Shown: positions 1 through 11,680 of the stretch, piece by piece
How the letters are laid out: every line of letters starts with the position of its first letter
Numbering within the stretch: the stretch's first letter is position 1
DNA from: Camelus dromedarius
Lineage: Eukaryota
Direction of reading: 5' to 3'
NCBI RefSeq assembly: GCF_036321535.1
Contig: NC_087436.1
Span: forward strand, 8,122,001 to 8,186,000
DNA: 64,000 nt
Notes under the pieces: generated by a model
The model's database searches: none
What the model saw: only the letters and a program-made list of their open reading frames with translations
Told to the model about the DNA's origin: nothing
Program-made: the position numbers and the translations under genes

Positions 1-332
1 AGTAGTTCTTTCAGTAAACCTAAGAAAACATACTTTTTAAAGCTGTGCTATGAAATAGGTTGTTCGGAATCAATGTGGTGTTTATTCATTTAAAGGGTAA
101 GTTTTGCTGGTTTTTAATATTGAATAGAGCACAAATCTTCTGAGAGCCCACAGACAGTGGATTCAAAAGTGTTTATGCCAGTAGGTAAATGTCATAAAAA
201 TCGCAGGTTAAATTGCAATTACTTTCATTGATTTTCCTTTTTCCCTCTTAATAAAAAAAAATTCAATTTATTAAATTCAACTAGAAATGAAAAAACAAAA
301 AAGTAAGACAGGAAAAAATTATGCTTTTTGAC

Positions 333-520
333 TTGACAAACTTTCTGTAAAGGGTCCAAGAGTAAATATTTAGGCTCTCTGGGCCAAGTGGTCTTGTCGC
401 GACAACTCGATTTGCTGTGTTTGAACCCAAGTGACCGTAGATCATATTTTAAGGAATGGGTGGCTTTGTTCCAATAAATTTTCATTTGCAAAAACAGGCA
501 GCTGGCCAGACTTGGCCAGC
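333..520 (+). mobile_element. MER58A-like hAT-Charlie DNA transposon remnant
   Basis: CAAACTTTCTGTAAAGGGTCC...GTAAATATTTAGGCT...GTTCCAATAAA...AAAAACAGGCAGCTGGCCAGACTTGGCC follows the recalled MER58A consensus. Confidence 0.8.
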
Positions 521-521
521 T

Positions 522-669
522 CTTGCTTCGTACAGTGTGGTCCCCAAACTGGCACTAACACCTCCTGAGCGCTTCTTAAAAATGCAGATTATCAGATCTG
601 ACCTTGTACCTGCAAAATCAGCATTTTGGTGTGTGGGTTCCAGTAAACTGTGATGTAATATGCCCTCCA
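522..669 (+). mobile_element. MER5A hAT-Charlie remnant, lacking its 3' end
   Basis: AGTGTGGTCCCC...AAATGCAGATT...AATCAGCATTTTGG...GCCCTCCA matches the recalled MER5A consensus. Confidence 0.75.
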
Positions 670-821
670 TCATCTGACTAGCTTGTTCAAACACGGATTC
701 CTAGACGCCACGTAGAAGAGATTCTGATTCACCAAGTCTGGGATGAGACTGAAAGTTGCCTTTCCAACAACCCCAGGTGATTTCAGTGGGGCTGGCCTCC
801 AACCACAATTTGGGTAGCACA
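670..821 (-). mobile_element. Second MER5A remnant, inverted relative to the first
   Basis: GCTTGTTCAAACACGGATT...TTCTGATTCA...CCCCAGGTGAT...CCACAATTTGGGTAGCAC matches the reverse complement of MER5A. Confidence 0.7.
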
Positions 822-914
822 TTCCAGAAAGCACTAAGCTTATGTCAAGTGTCTTCCTGCCCTAAATAACTCTTAGGCCACGTTTCATTTTTAACTGAAG
901 ATCATCTCAGCCAT

Positions 915-1815
915 GCACTCATTCTTTCCTACAAACATAAATACATACAAAAACATACAAATATAAAAATACATATTTGTTGAGAAACTACCATGTGTCA
1001 GTGTATCAGGGATTCAATGTTGAACAGCAAAGACATCAGTTTATGTTATTACTACAAAAATTTTGAGTGAAACTATTTAATTTAAAGGACTGAAACTTTT
1101 ATAAAACTTATTTGATTTATCAAATAAATAACGATTGAGCATTACTTGCAATATTGTTAATTTCCGTGCAAAGTCTTGCGTATATGAAGTTGAGCAAAAA
1201 TAATTCCTAGCACTCCAGAACCTTACAAGCTAGCAAAAGTGTAAAAAAATTCAAAGGATATTTTCTTTACAATGTATAAATTATCACATTTAAGTTGGCA
1301 TGGAAGTGATGTGAACAGGAGTTAACTAGCCAGAGCAAGGAATCCAAACATTAGGAAGACCATTCAAAAAGCTCAGTCGAAATTCAACAGTAAATATTAA
1401 GGGGACTGGAGTGTTTTAGGAGAGTTTGGGCATGGATAATGTTATGGGAATGAGAAACATAAGATTTAAGCTGTAATCTGGTCATATTTTGGGATCTTGA
1501 ACATTTTAAGTCTGGGGACAAGTGGTGACTCCCCCTAAATGAAAACCCAATGACAGATGTTATTAGGGAAGTCAGCTGAGAAGATCTGCATTGTAGAGAG
1601 ATCTCTCTGGTGAAATGTGGAGAGCTAATGGGAGGAGACAAGACTCCACTGGAAAATAGGATTGCAAGAATCAAAACGGTAGCAGAGGAGACAGAGAGAA
1701 GCTGATGATTTGGGATGCTACTGAGGACATGTAACGGCCCATTTGGGATAACGCACTGGATACGTGATGTATCATGAGACAGCAGTGAAGGATGCCATTC
1801 AGATTTCTAGCTTCT
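915..1815 (-). mobile_element. L2 LINE fragments, highly decayed
   Basis: CATTC...ATATTTGTTGAGAAACTACCATGTGTCAG tail-like motif, then a purine-rich L2 body (GAGATCTCTCTGG...GAAGGATGCCATTCAGATTTCTAGCTT). Confidence 0.55.
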
Positions 1816-1849
1816 TGTGAAGGCTGTCTTATTCAGATTGATTCAGAAC

Positions 1850-2150
1850 CCAACTCCAGTGCTTCCTCCTAGGGGTGGCTTTCCCAGACCATCCTGTTTA
1901 CTGGTTCCCTATCATAGTTACTTTCCAAAGGGGTAGTCTGTCTTATTATCTTTATAATACTTAGTTCAAAATGAAATAATTATCCACGTGTATTTTTTCA
2001 CTTGATTTTTTTTTTCTGCTTCTCTCCCATCTAGCATTTAAGCTCATGAAAAGTGGGAACTATTCTTTTTTGCTCGACATTACAGCGTAATGTCTAGAGA
2101 ACTAAATGCCAGGTCAAAACACATGTTATGAACATTGGATGGATAAATAA
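1850..2150 (+). mobile_element. L2 3' end
   Basis: CTCTCCCATCTAGCATTTAAGCTCATGAAAAGTGGGAAC...TGTTATGAACATTGGATGGATAAATAA resembles an L2a terminus. Confidence 0.6.
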
Positions 2151-2974
2151 TGTCACTTAGACAACTAGGTGAATGATGGTATAAATAACTGAAAAGATTA
2201 TTAGAAAAACCACATTTTGTGAAATGGGAGTCATGAGGAGTTTGAATTGCCTAGGGACGTCCAGAAGATTTCTGGTAGGCATTTAAATATGTTGATATTA
2301 TAGATCTTTCAGTCTTCAGTGATGACTGAAGTCATAAAATAAGATGAATTTTTAATGGGCAAATTCATATAGGGAGAAAAAAAGACTAAAAATTGTACCC
2401 AGGGAAAAAGTGACACAAAATGAATAAAGAAAGAAGAAACAGATGAAAGGATTGTAAAAGGAATTGCTAAAGAAATAAAAAAGACTCTCATGGATCATGC
2501 AGTGAGAAATTGCTTTATAAAGTTATTTTCCATAAAAAGAATGAAACAATGTGGAATTATGGAGAGATAGGAACAATGAGAATTGACCAAGTTCAGGGCA
2601 TTTGGTAATTAACCTCATGATATCAAATAGGCAAAATTAGTGTTATCACTTTACAAAGTTGGCATCAGTGTGGCTGAAAGATGTGTTTAATCTTCACATA
2701 CAGTAAGATGTGGAGGCAGAATTGAATCCATGTCTAAGGATTTTGTCTGTTTCACTATTTATAAACAGATTTCAAACCTGTCAAAACAATCTTTTTGTTA
2801 TTTATTGAGATCATACAAAATGCTTAATGATCTTAAGGACTCACATCATGAAAAACATTAATACATTTAGTAATGCAGTGCCATTCTTGTATTTTTTGAA
2901 ATTTATTTTACCAGGTATCTATGGCAGAAACCAACAACCGGTCCCCCATACTCCTTTTTTTCCTGCTGAGTGGA

Positions 2975-3282
2975 GTTTGCAAACTACTGTCAGGCAGCCA
3001 AACCCAGTTTGGCTCTTGCATTTTGAGTGGTTGAAAAACACATGAAAAGATAAATAATATTTTATAATGTGAAACTCCAACGAAGGTAAAATTCCATTGC
3101 TCATAAATGAACTCACACTGAAGCACAGTGACCCCATTGCGTGCTATTTATGACAGCTTTTGTGCTACAACAGCACAGTTGAGTGGTTGTGCACAGTTGA
3201 GCAGTTGTGACAGAGATCAAATGGTCCCCCAAATTTCAAAGATTTATTCTCGGTACTTATACAGATAATGTTTGCTGATCCG
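2975..3282 (-). mobile_element. MER58B-like DNA transposon remnant
   Basis: GCAAACTAC...TGGTTGAAAAA...GCTTTTGTGCTACAACAGCACAGTTGAGTGGTTG...GTTTGCTGATCC, with TIR-like ends. Confidence 0.7.
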
Positions 3283-3294
3283 CAGAGTAATAGA

Positions 3295-3567
3295 GGATTT
3301 AGCTGCAGGTCCGTTCAGCTGAACAGACACTTCCCAGGCTCCTGTAAGTTAGATGTGCCCTTTGACAGGACCACTGATGGAGAAGCAGACATGACGTGCA
3401 CAACTTCCAGCCTGTGCCCTGGAAGCAGAGAACAGTGCCCTCCTCCCCTTCTCTTCCCACTGGCTGGTATGACTTTTACATGATGAGGAAATAGACTTTT
3501 ATTTTGTTCAAGCCATTGTTATTTTGGCCCTGGTTGTAACAGCCAAAACCGTATCCTGATCAATACA
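3295..3567 (+). mobile_element. MaLR LTR fragment (MLT1J-like), internally deleted
   Basis: CACTTCCCAGGCTCCTGTAAGTTAG...GAAATAGACTTTTATTTTGTTCAAGCCATTG...CCTGATCAATACA resembles an MLT1 3' end. Confidence 0.55.
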
Positions 3568-6500
3568 GCGGACCTACACTCATATTTTTTATGTGTTATA
3601 ACAACTGTGGTTAAAATTGAAAGGATTTTGGATTGGATTCTATCTGACAACAATTTGTCTCTAAGACATTTGCAACAAAGGGCTAATTTATTTCTAGGTA
3701 AACAGAAAGTACATATTGATAAAGGAAAACGTATGTTTAAGAAACATGGAAAAATAATTCCCAAAAAAGAAGTATAATCATAGCTTTTTAATTCAAAAAT
3801 GATCAATTTATCTAGTAATCCATAAATTAAAACTAAAGTGACAGTGAGATTTCTTTTCATCCATAAACACTCTTCTGATGTTTTCTATGCAGTGAGATGG
3901 CCAGTTCACGCTCTTGGCTCTCTCTGCCCCTTCTGTTCACCCTCCCACTTTAGATATTGACATAGGTGTCTGATTTGTGGTAACTTGGCTTGAATCAACC
4001 AGCCCACTATCCTTATTTTTTTCTTGGGAAGGGGCTACTTTTTCACACGTTCTTATCTTTTCTTTTAAGACATGCATCTTAAGGGGAAGGCCCTGCCTGA
4101 TGGATGTGTGTGTGTGGAGAGGCAAATTCAATTTACAGGAGACTGGCCTTTGACTTTGAGAAATAGTTAAGGAGCAAACATTCAGGGGAAAAGCTACGTT
4201 TGGACTGATTGAGGTGTCTTATACGGTCAAGTCAAACGTTCTGTGGCTTCTGGACTTCTGTGAGTGGGCCTGGCATTGGGAAATGAGCAGTTTGCAGAAG
4301 TTTATATAGAGTTATGAAGCCGACTTTTATAGTTGCAGGCAGCCTGAGCAGGAAGCTTTATGCCACAGGCCACAAGGTGTTACCACCTTAGTGGATGACT
4401 GTGCCTTATACTAAATTTTTTTTCCAGAATGAGTAGGTCTTTCTATATCAAGAGTAACCTTACCTCAGCTGGCATCAATGAAGCGAAGTTTCAAATATGA
4501 CAAAACAGGCAACTCAAATATTGGCTTTTTAGAAGTAAGGAGTTGGAAAAACTTATGCTACTTCAAACTGAGTTAACTCAGCATGTGCTGTGCAGCCACT
4601 GGTGAGCTCCCAACTTTAAATTGTAGACTCTGGTCCACCTAGGCAACTCTGGATTCATTTCCCAATTTCTGTTTTCCATTCAGGGTCAAGGCAGTAGCAT
4701 GGATGGAGGGGAGAGAAAGGTGTGAAAACATACAATCTAGGCATGTAAGCCCTCACCTAGGACAGTCTCAAGCTGGCTCTAGCTTGGCTATTAACATATG
4801 ATGGATGAATCATTTTTTACAAGACAGATTTTTTTAGACCTAAGGAATTCTATGCCAAGTGACAACAAACACACACAGTCATTGTGACTCAGCTCAAAAT
4901 CATTTCCCACAATAGTTTAGATCCCATGTCATTAAATCTAATCCAATTTCAGTTGACTAATCCACGGGTGCCAGAAACACAAGGCTTGGGGTAGTGAATA
5001 TTACTAATTTTGAATATGCCAGAAGGAAAAGAATTATACCTGAAATAAGATAGATTGAGTGGAACTACAATAGGCAGATCTCTAGATCTTGCATGCAGGC
5101 AACACTGTTTCAATTTCTTTCTCACAAAAGAGAAGACGTATGCATGGTTGGACGTTCCCTCCCTGTATGGTAAATGATTCATGGCAAAATTAACCTTTTT
5201 GCTAGAAGACATTTCACAAGTGAGTTTAAGTTTACAGGTTTTAGATTGCTGTCAGCTGGTACTGATTGTGATTCTGGGGGAGGAGAAACCAGGATTTTTC
5301 TTTCATACTCTCCATCCTGCAACTACTGCTTTGTTTTAATATAATCCTATAGCAATATTTGAGACTATGTTCCACGGTCACAATTTTGTCTAAGGTCACA
5401 GCTCTGGTGGCAGAGGTGGGATGATTCTAAAGTTGGTAAGTGGAGGAACACAAATATGAACATCTTTTGTGTCCTGTTAACACTGTGTACTCTATAAAAG
5501 TGAGATCCACAAGAGATTTAGAACTAGATTTATATCATCTGTGACACCCTGTTGGGGGTTCTATAAATCCCATGAGAGGTAGCCCATACTATTCTTGGTG
5601 AAAGAAATTCCAACCCAATCTTGGCATCTGGCTAAGACTGAGCAACATAAAATATATTAATAGTAATAACTAATCTTCATTTTGTGGACTTTTAACTCAC
5701 AAGTAAAATACATCAATTTTGAATTTTAATCTTTGAATTTTGACATTACACACTTAAATTTTTAAGAAGTTTTAATGTTTATATTTTCATTGAGTTTAGA
5801 CATTTTGTAATGGGAGGAGTTCTTATTAAAGAGGGATATTTTGATATTTTTAGCATTCCTATTAGAAAATCTTTGTGTATCTTATAATTGGAGTATTCTT
5901 GTGGCATTTAATTATAGTAGAAGACTTAGAGAGGATGGTGAATTTCAAAGCTTGACTCAGTATGGAAAGGGAAACAAAATATAGAGTAAACATATGGACT
6001 TTGATACAGGATGCCTTTGAGATGGATTTCATTAATTCACTGATCTGTCCTAACTCCCTTTCTTGTTGGCCCAAAAGCAGAAGTAGCTGCTGTTTGAGAA
6101 ACTGGTCCTATGAAGGTAGAAATAAAACCGTGTAAATGGCTGATGTAGTGCCTTGAAATTGATAGCCACACCCTTAGTTGGCTGTAGTCTTAAAAGTTAA
6201 GACTGGTGAGGTTAAGAGAATAGAAATGGGAGAATATTGAGGCAAACATTTTTCCACTCCTGCTTTTGCTTTGCGACATCTAATCATGCAATACTCTTGG
6301 AATCTCTCTGCGGTTTCACTTACTCTGAACCTGAGAAAATGAGCAACTGATCCAATGAACACGTTTGAAAAGCAAACCTTGGTGTGCCTTTCATGCTTCT
6401 TCTGTTTTCTTTGGCCTGAGAGTCAGCTGCACAGAGGGAATGCAAATTCTCTTCTTCTTCTAATTTCTTTGTTTCTGCAAGACATGCCCCTTCCATTGGA

Positions 6501-6771
6501 AAAATAACTGTTAGCTGTCACGATGCATGGAAAACAATCCCAAGTGTGGGGACAAAGCATTTGCTTTAGAGAAACTCAAGGCTTTTAATGTCAGTGTCTC
6601 TTGGGGGATTTGACTTGTAACACTACTTCGAAGGAGACACCAAGGACAACCATCAAAGGAAAGAATGGTTGGGGGTGAATTGACTCAAATGATCAGGATC
6701 GTGATTTTTACGTTAGTACAACTGTAGTAATCTTGCCTTGAATCTTCATCAATAGGTATTTGTCTAAACTT

Positions 6772-6912
6772 TCTTTTTCCAGCTTTATTGAGATTTAATT
6801 GAAATAAAATTGTATAAGTTTAAGGTATGCAACATAATGATTTTATATATATATATAAATATATAGCAACATAATTGCCACTATATGGTCATTTAGTACA
6901 TCCATCACCTTT
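6772..6912 (-). mobile_element. L1MA-type 3' terminal fragment
   Basis: TTTTTCCAGCTTTATTGAGATTTAATTGA...AAGTTTAAGGTATGCAACATAATGATT...ACATCCATCACCT. Confidence 0.65.
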
Positions 6913-8762
6913 CTAATATTTCTTAATATTATTTATTATTTAAAATATCTTTGATCAAAATTGCACATTGCTAGCATCCATTGTCTCTATGGCAATGGTT
7001 TGGATTTTTCCAGAGTTGGCATGGTGATAAGATTCACTGTATAACTGGTTTTCTATTTCTGAGTAAGAGACACGCCCTGGTGCACTATTCACTATGTGGG
7101 AGGAGAGGGTCACCTAGTGATGTCTTAGTTAAGGGGAGAAATAGGACAAACCAAGAGATATTTGAAAGTATTTGAAAACAAGTATTTCCGTTAATAGCAT
7201 GAAACATGATCTTCTCGTCTATCTTATTTGAAATTCTCAGTACAAGTATTCACCAACACTGAGGAGTTGGACATCTGTTTTCAAGGAATGTGGTTAAGTG
7301 CAAAAACAGACATCATGGTAAATGGGGGTAGGGGTCAAATCAAGTACTCCCCAAAAGGAAATACTCATATGAAAATGCTTATGCAAATTCTTAATTATCC
7401 TGCCTTGCAACTTAATGTTTTCCATCTTATCCAATAGAAAAAAAAAAACATTAAAATTTCAGAAAATGACGCTTTTTTTTACATGTTATGTATTGCAAAA
7501 TACTTTTATATACAAAGAACTGCTAAAAAGGGGCATAAAGGTGTCCCTAAAAATTGAGAAGTTTTGGGTTTTATTACGTGATTAATGAGAGAAGATACAC
7601 ACAGATATATTTAATATCCCAGATAACAAATGTCCAAATAAATAAAATGTGAGTTTAAAATGGGAACCATCACTTCTGCCTTGAAAGCAGAAGGACATCA
7701 AGAATTAAGAGATGTTTCATGGATGAGATAGAGCTTGAAAAATGAGCATAGTTTTAGGAGATGCATTATCCCTATAAATGGCATTTCATGCGAAAAGGAA
7801 CCAAGGGAGAGAGCCTGTGTTGTAGGCAGGTTCACACTGCACAGAAAGAGATGCTTTAGAAGGCAAATTGGAGAACACATGATGAAGAGCCTTGGTTCCA
7901 GCTGAAGAATTTTGATTTAAGTAGGAAGACAATAGAGAAGCACTCATGGTTTTACTGCAGTTATTTTTCTTTTGTTTATTTTATTTTCTTTTTTTTAATT
8001 TTATTATTGGGTCAATTTTAATTTTGACAGGTTTGCTGCAGTTTTTTTTCTTTATCTTATTTTATTGTTGGGTCAGTTTTATTTTTGACTACATTTTTAT
8101 TTCTTTGTTTATTTTGTTAAGATCATAAATATTGCAGTTGGGCATTGGATGATTAAGTGATAAACAACCAAAGGAAAAGACCAATTAAATCTAGTGAACT
8201 TGCCATTTTAATATACAACATGCCTGAAATGAAAGATTGACAATAAGAAAGATAACGAGAGGAAATTAAAGGTATTAAAATATCTGTACAGAGTTTTTTC
8301 ATGATTTTTATTGATTCTACTTATTGAAAAATTTTGTATACATTTTAAATCACTTTTAATCATATTTTTAAAGTACACATGAAAAGACTGTGAGAAATTT
8401 GATGTGCAACTTCTCGCATTCAAAAATCTGAACTGAATCTGCTTATCTGAATTATAAGAGAAGAGAATATTTCATGATATATATTAAACGAGGAAGGCAA
8501 AATCTAGTATTTATTTTTATGAACCACATAGAAAGAAAAAAACATTATTCACTTCTTTCTGGACTAAGTTTAAAATAATATATATATTTTTAAAATCTTG
8601 AATGTTAAAGTTATTCTGATAAGTTTACCTTATTAGATCAGTCACTAAGATTGTGAATCTGGATAAATGATTTATTCCTCCAAAATATTTCACATATATT
8701 TCATATTTCTAATAAGTAGTCTGTGTTCATCCAGAAGAAGCCCATATCTGAAGCTGATACAA

Positions 8763-8800
8763 AGTAAATATGTATATAAAGGTAAATATGTATATAAAGA
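8763..8800. repeat. Tandem duplication of GTAAATATGTATATAAAG
   Basis: Two adjacent copies are visible directly. Confidence 0.85.
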
Positions 8801-9074
8801 TTAACTCATCTTTTATACAGTTAACCTTGGAATTCCCATTTTAACTGTAATGCATTCTAATATTCAAAGCTCTTTTTGATGTCTATATCTTTGTTTTTCT
8901 AAGTATAAGAAAGAAAATTTGTGAATTTCAAATTCTTGGCATAATTGATATACTAAAAGCTTTTTGATATAATAAAATACTACATTAATTAGTCTTTTAT
9001 AAGCACAGACTTGTTACATTGTAACAGAATTTAAAAACAACATTATCATGGTTCTATTTCAACACACATACATG

Positions 9075-9208
9075 AATTTATATGTATGTAAGAATTCTTA
9101 TATATATATATCCTTGTATAATTCTTATGTATAAGAATTCTTACATATATAGCCTTATATATAATTCTTATATGAAGGACATATGTATATAAATAATATA
9201 TATAAAAT
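9075..9208. repeat. AT-rich imperfect tandem repeat with TAAGAATTCTTA palindromes
   Basis: Unit ...TAAGAATTCTTA(T/C)ATATATA...CCTT(G/A)TATA...ATTCTTAT occurs twice. Confidence 0.7.
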
Positions 9209-9209
9209 A

Positions 9210-9585
9210 CGTGTTTGCCACGTATTTACATCCTTCAGTGACCCTTTGGTCTATGTCACCAATCTCCCTGGCAAGGAGACAGTCTGCTGTGTGACTGCAG
9301 GGATGAAGCGGAAAGCTGATCATGATGGATCTTCACCATGTGCTGCCATGTTGGCCACCCAGGATGTGGCCCAGGGTACAAGGAGCTGGACGTACTGTCC
9401 TATATACCGAACTCCAGGTCACAGGAGGAAACATGACCAAGACTCCTGGCCCTGGGACCAAGATGGATTCAGGATGTCACTGATGTTCAATAGGGCCTGT
9501 GAGAAGGGTGTTGCTATAGTCACCAACTGTAAACAGGGCTATTCAAACTATTGTTTTCTGTTAATAAATTTTCTTCACATAACCC
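9210..9585 (+). pseudogene. RPS14: 40S ribosomal protein S14 (uS11) processed pseudogene; 5'-truncated, frameshifted, with an internal deletion
   Basis: Translation [54 protein letters not shown] aligns to RPS14 [54 protein letters not shown]. Downstream ACAGGAGGAAACATGACCAAGACTCCTGGCCCTGGG gives [12 protein letters not shown] in another frame. Stop-equivalent TAA at 9530; RPS14-like 3'UTR with AATAAA at 9563; no introns. Confidence 0.93.
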
Positions 9586-10924
9586 CTCCCAAAATTATAG
9601 GTTAACAACTCTAAAGAGTACATATATTTGAATCAAGGAAATGTTATTAGTAAATAAGCATGCTTTGGCAGTACTATTTTTAAAAACACATACAGTGTTT
9701 TCTTTTACATTTTATTTTGCATGACTTAACTCCAGCCAATCTCAGAAATCCAGCTACCACAGAGTTTTATGGAGGATGTGATTAGGATTTTTAGAGAGAA
9801 ATAACAGTAGTGATCAAAGTATTTGATATTAACTCTCTGGTGTTTCAAAAAGGACCCCCCTCCTAACATAATAGGATTTAAGCCAAATTTACTAAGAGAT
9901 GATATAAAAGTGCTATCATATAAAAAACCAAATCAGAGGATTATAAGCTTTCTTCATCATGTGTGGAAAGTATCTTTACTTATGATGGCTAGACCATACA
10001 TTTCTCTCCTAGGGAACAAGGGTTTGTATGGTTTAAAGGACATAAAAAGCCTGGAAGTGGGCCCTTCTTGACTCAAAACTCAAGAAAATTATGGGAGGGT
10101 GAGTCACCATCCTGTCTAGTGTTGGCTTTCCTCCTATCCATTTTCCACAATCTTGGGGAGAAGAGAAGACAGACATCTAAAGGAAGAAATTCAAGAGACC
10201 AGAATATTATTGAAACTAACAGCATAAACTCTTAACCATGTTAAGGGGAGGTCCATGGCTTCTCAAAGAAATCACATGTTCACTTACAGCACAAATGAGG
10301 TGCTGAAAATGTACCATCAGCAGGTGGGCCCCGGACAGGTGATACTCTCTCAAAGTTACCCATCTGTCCATGGCATTTCCATGGTAGACACAGAACCCCT
10401 GGTGAGCGGACTAACATGCACAGAGAACATTGATAGACCATCGTAAGTCTGGAGAATAAGGGAAAAAAAAAATCAATGATGGATTTCCACCGACCAACTA
10501 TAACGAACCAGATGGAGTGATCACACACCACAGACGGTAACATTTCAGGGAGCAAAGCAATCTAAATGCTTTATGGCAGATTTCTATGGCTCAGTGGAAG
10601 ACGAACAGGGTACTTCTCAGTTGAAAACATTTTCAGTACAGGGCCCATCTTGGAGAATAGAAAGAGAGCATTTATAAAGACTTAACATGATCTCGGAAAG
10701 ACTGAATCATCCTAAAGCTTGCCTCCATGTTTTGAAATCATAGTAAGAATTTATGTGTGTGTATGTAAGATCCTTGAAGAACATAAATATACTAGATACC
10801 TTGTGTCCACCTCTATAAGAAAACAATCATAACTGAATATAGGTCATGATTTTTCTGGCAAAGTAACAGAAACTACTGTAGCTTGAGTCTTCAGAGTACA
10901 GCATGATGATAGTCAAAATGTTTA

Positions 10925-11041
10925 TAGTAAGGTTCCATGATCACAGAAACCGTGTGTTTCATATCGACCTCCAGCACCTCTGTATCCCTCTCCTCCTCAC
11001 AAAGCCTGGCACGGAATGAATATGAAATAAATGTCTGCTGG
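10925..11041 (+). mobile_element. L2 3' end, interrupted by a younger L1; resumes at ~11697
   Basis: TAAGGTTCCATGATCACAGAAACCGTGTG...CCTGGCAC...AATAAATGTCTGCTGG(TTAATGAA) resembles the L2 terminus. Confidence 0.6.
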
Positions 11042-11680
11042 AATCCCATTTCTGGGCTTGTATCTGGAGGAAATGCTAACTCAAAAAGAAACATGCACCC
11101 CAATGTTCATAGCAGCACTATTCACAGAAGCCAGGTCATGACAGCAACCTAAATGTCCATCAATAGATGACTAGATAAAGAAGATGTGGTATATATTTAA
11201 AATGGAATACTACTCAGCCATAAAAAAGAATAAAATAATGCCATTTGCAGCAACATAAATGGACCTGGAGATTGTCATACTAAGTGAAGTGAGCCAGAAA
11301 GAGAAAGAAAAATATCACATGGTATCACTTATATGTGGAATCTTAGAAAACAAATGACACAAATGAACTTATTTACAAAATAGAAAGAGTCACAGACATA
11401 GAAAAACAACTTATGGTTATCAGAGAGGAAAGGCGGGGATGGAGGGATAAACTGGGAGTTCTACATTGGCAGATACTGACTATTGTATGTAAAGTAGGTA
11501 AACAACAAAGTCCTATTGTATAGCACAGGGAACTATTTTCAATACCTTTTAATAACTTATAATGAAAAAGAATGTGAAATGAAATATATATATGTATAAT
11601 TGAACCACCATGCTGTATACCGGAAACTAACACAACATTGTAAACTGACTGTATGTCAATTTAAAAAAAAGAGAAAAAAT
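11042..11680 (+). mobile_element. 5'-truncated lineage-specific L1 (ORF2 C-terminus, 3'UTR, A-tail) with a perfect 16-bp TSD
   Basis: ORF2 end motifs (CCCAATGTTCATAGCAGCACTATT, GGAATACTACTCAGCCATAAAAAAGAAT); 3' end ACATTGTAAACTGACTG; TSD AATAAATGTCTGCTGG at 11026-11041 and 11681-11696. Confidence 0.95.

Noticed and set aside
9183..9605. 140-aa ORF as a functional gene
   Set aside because: It is a chimera of AT-repeat, degenerate RPS14 frame and out-of-frame sequence, so a pseudogene.
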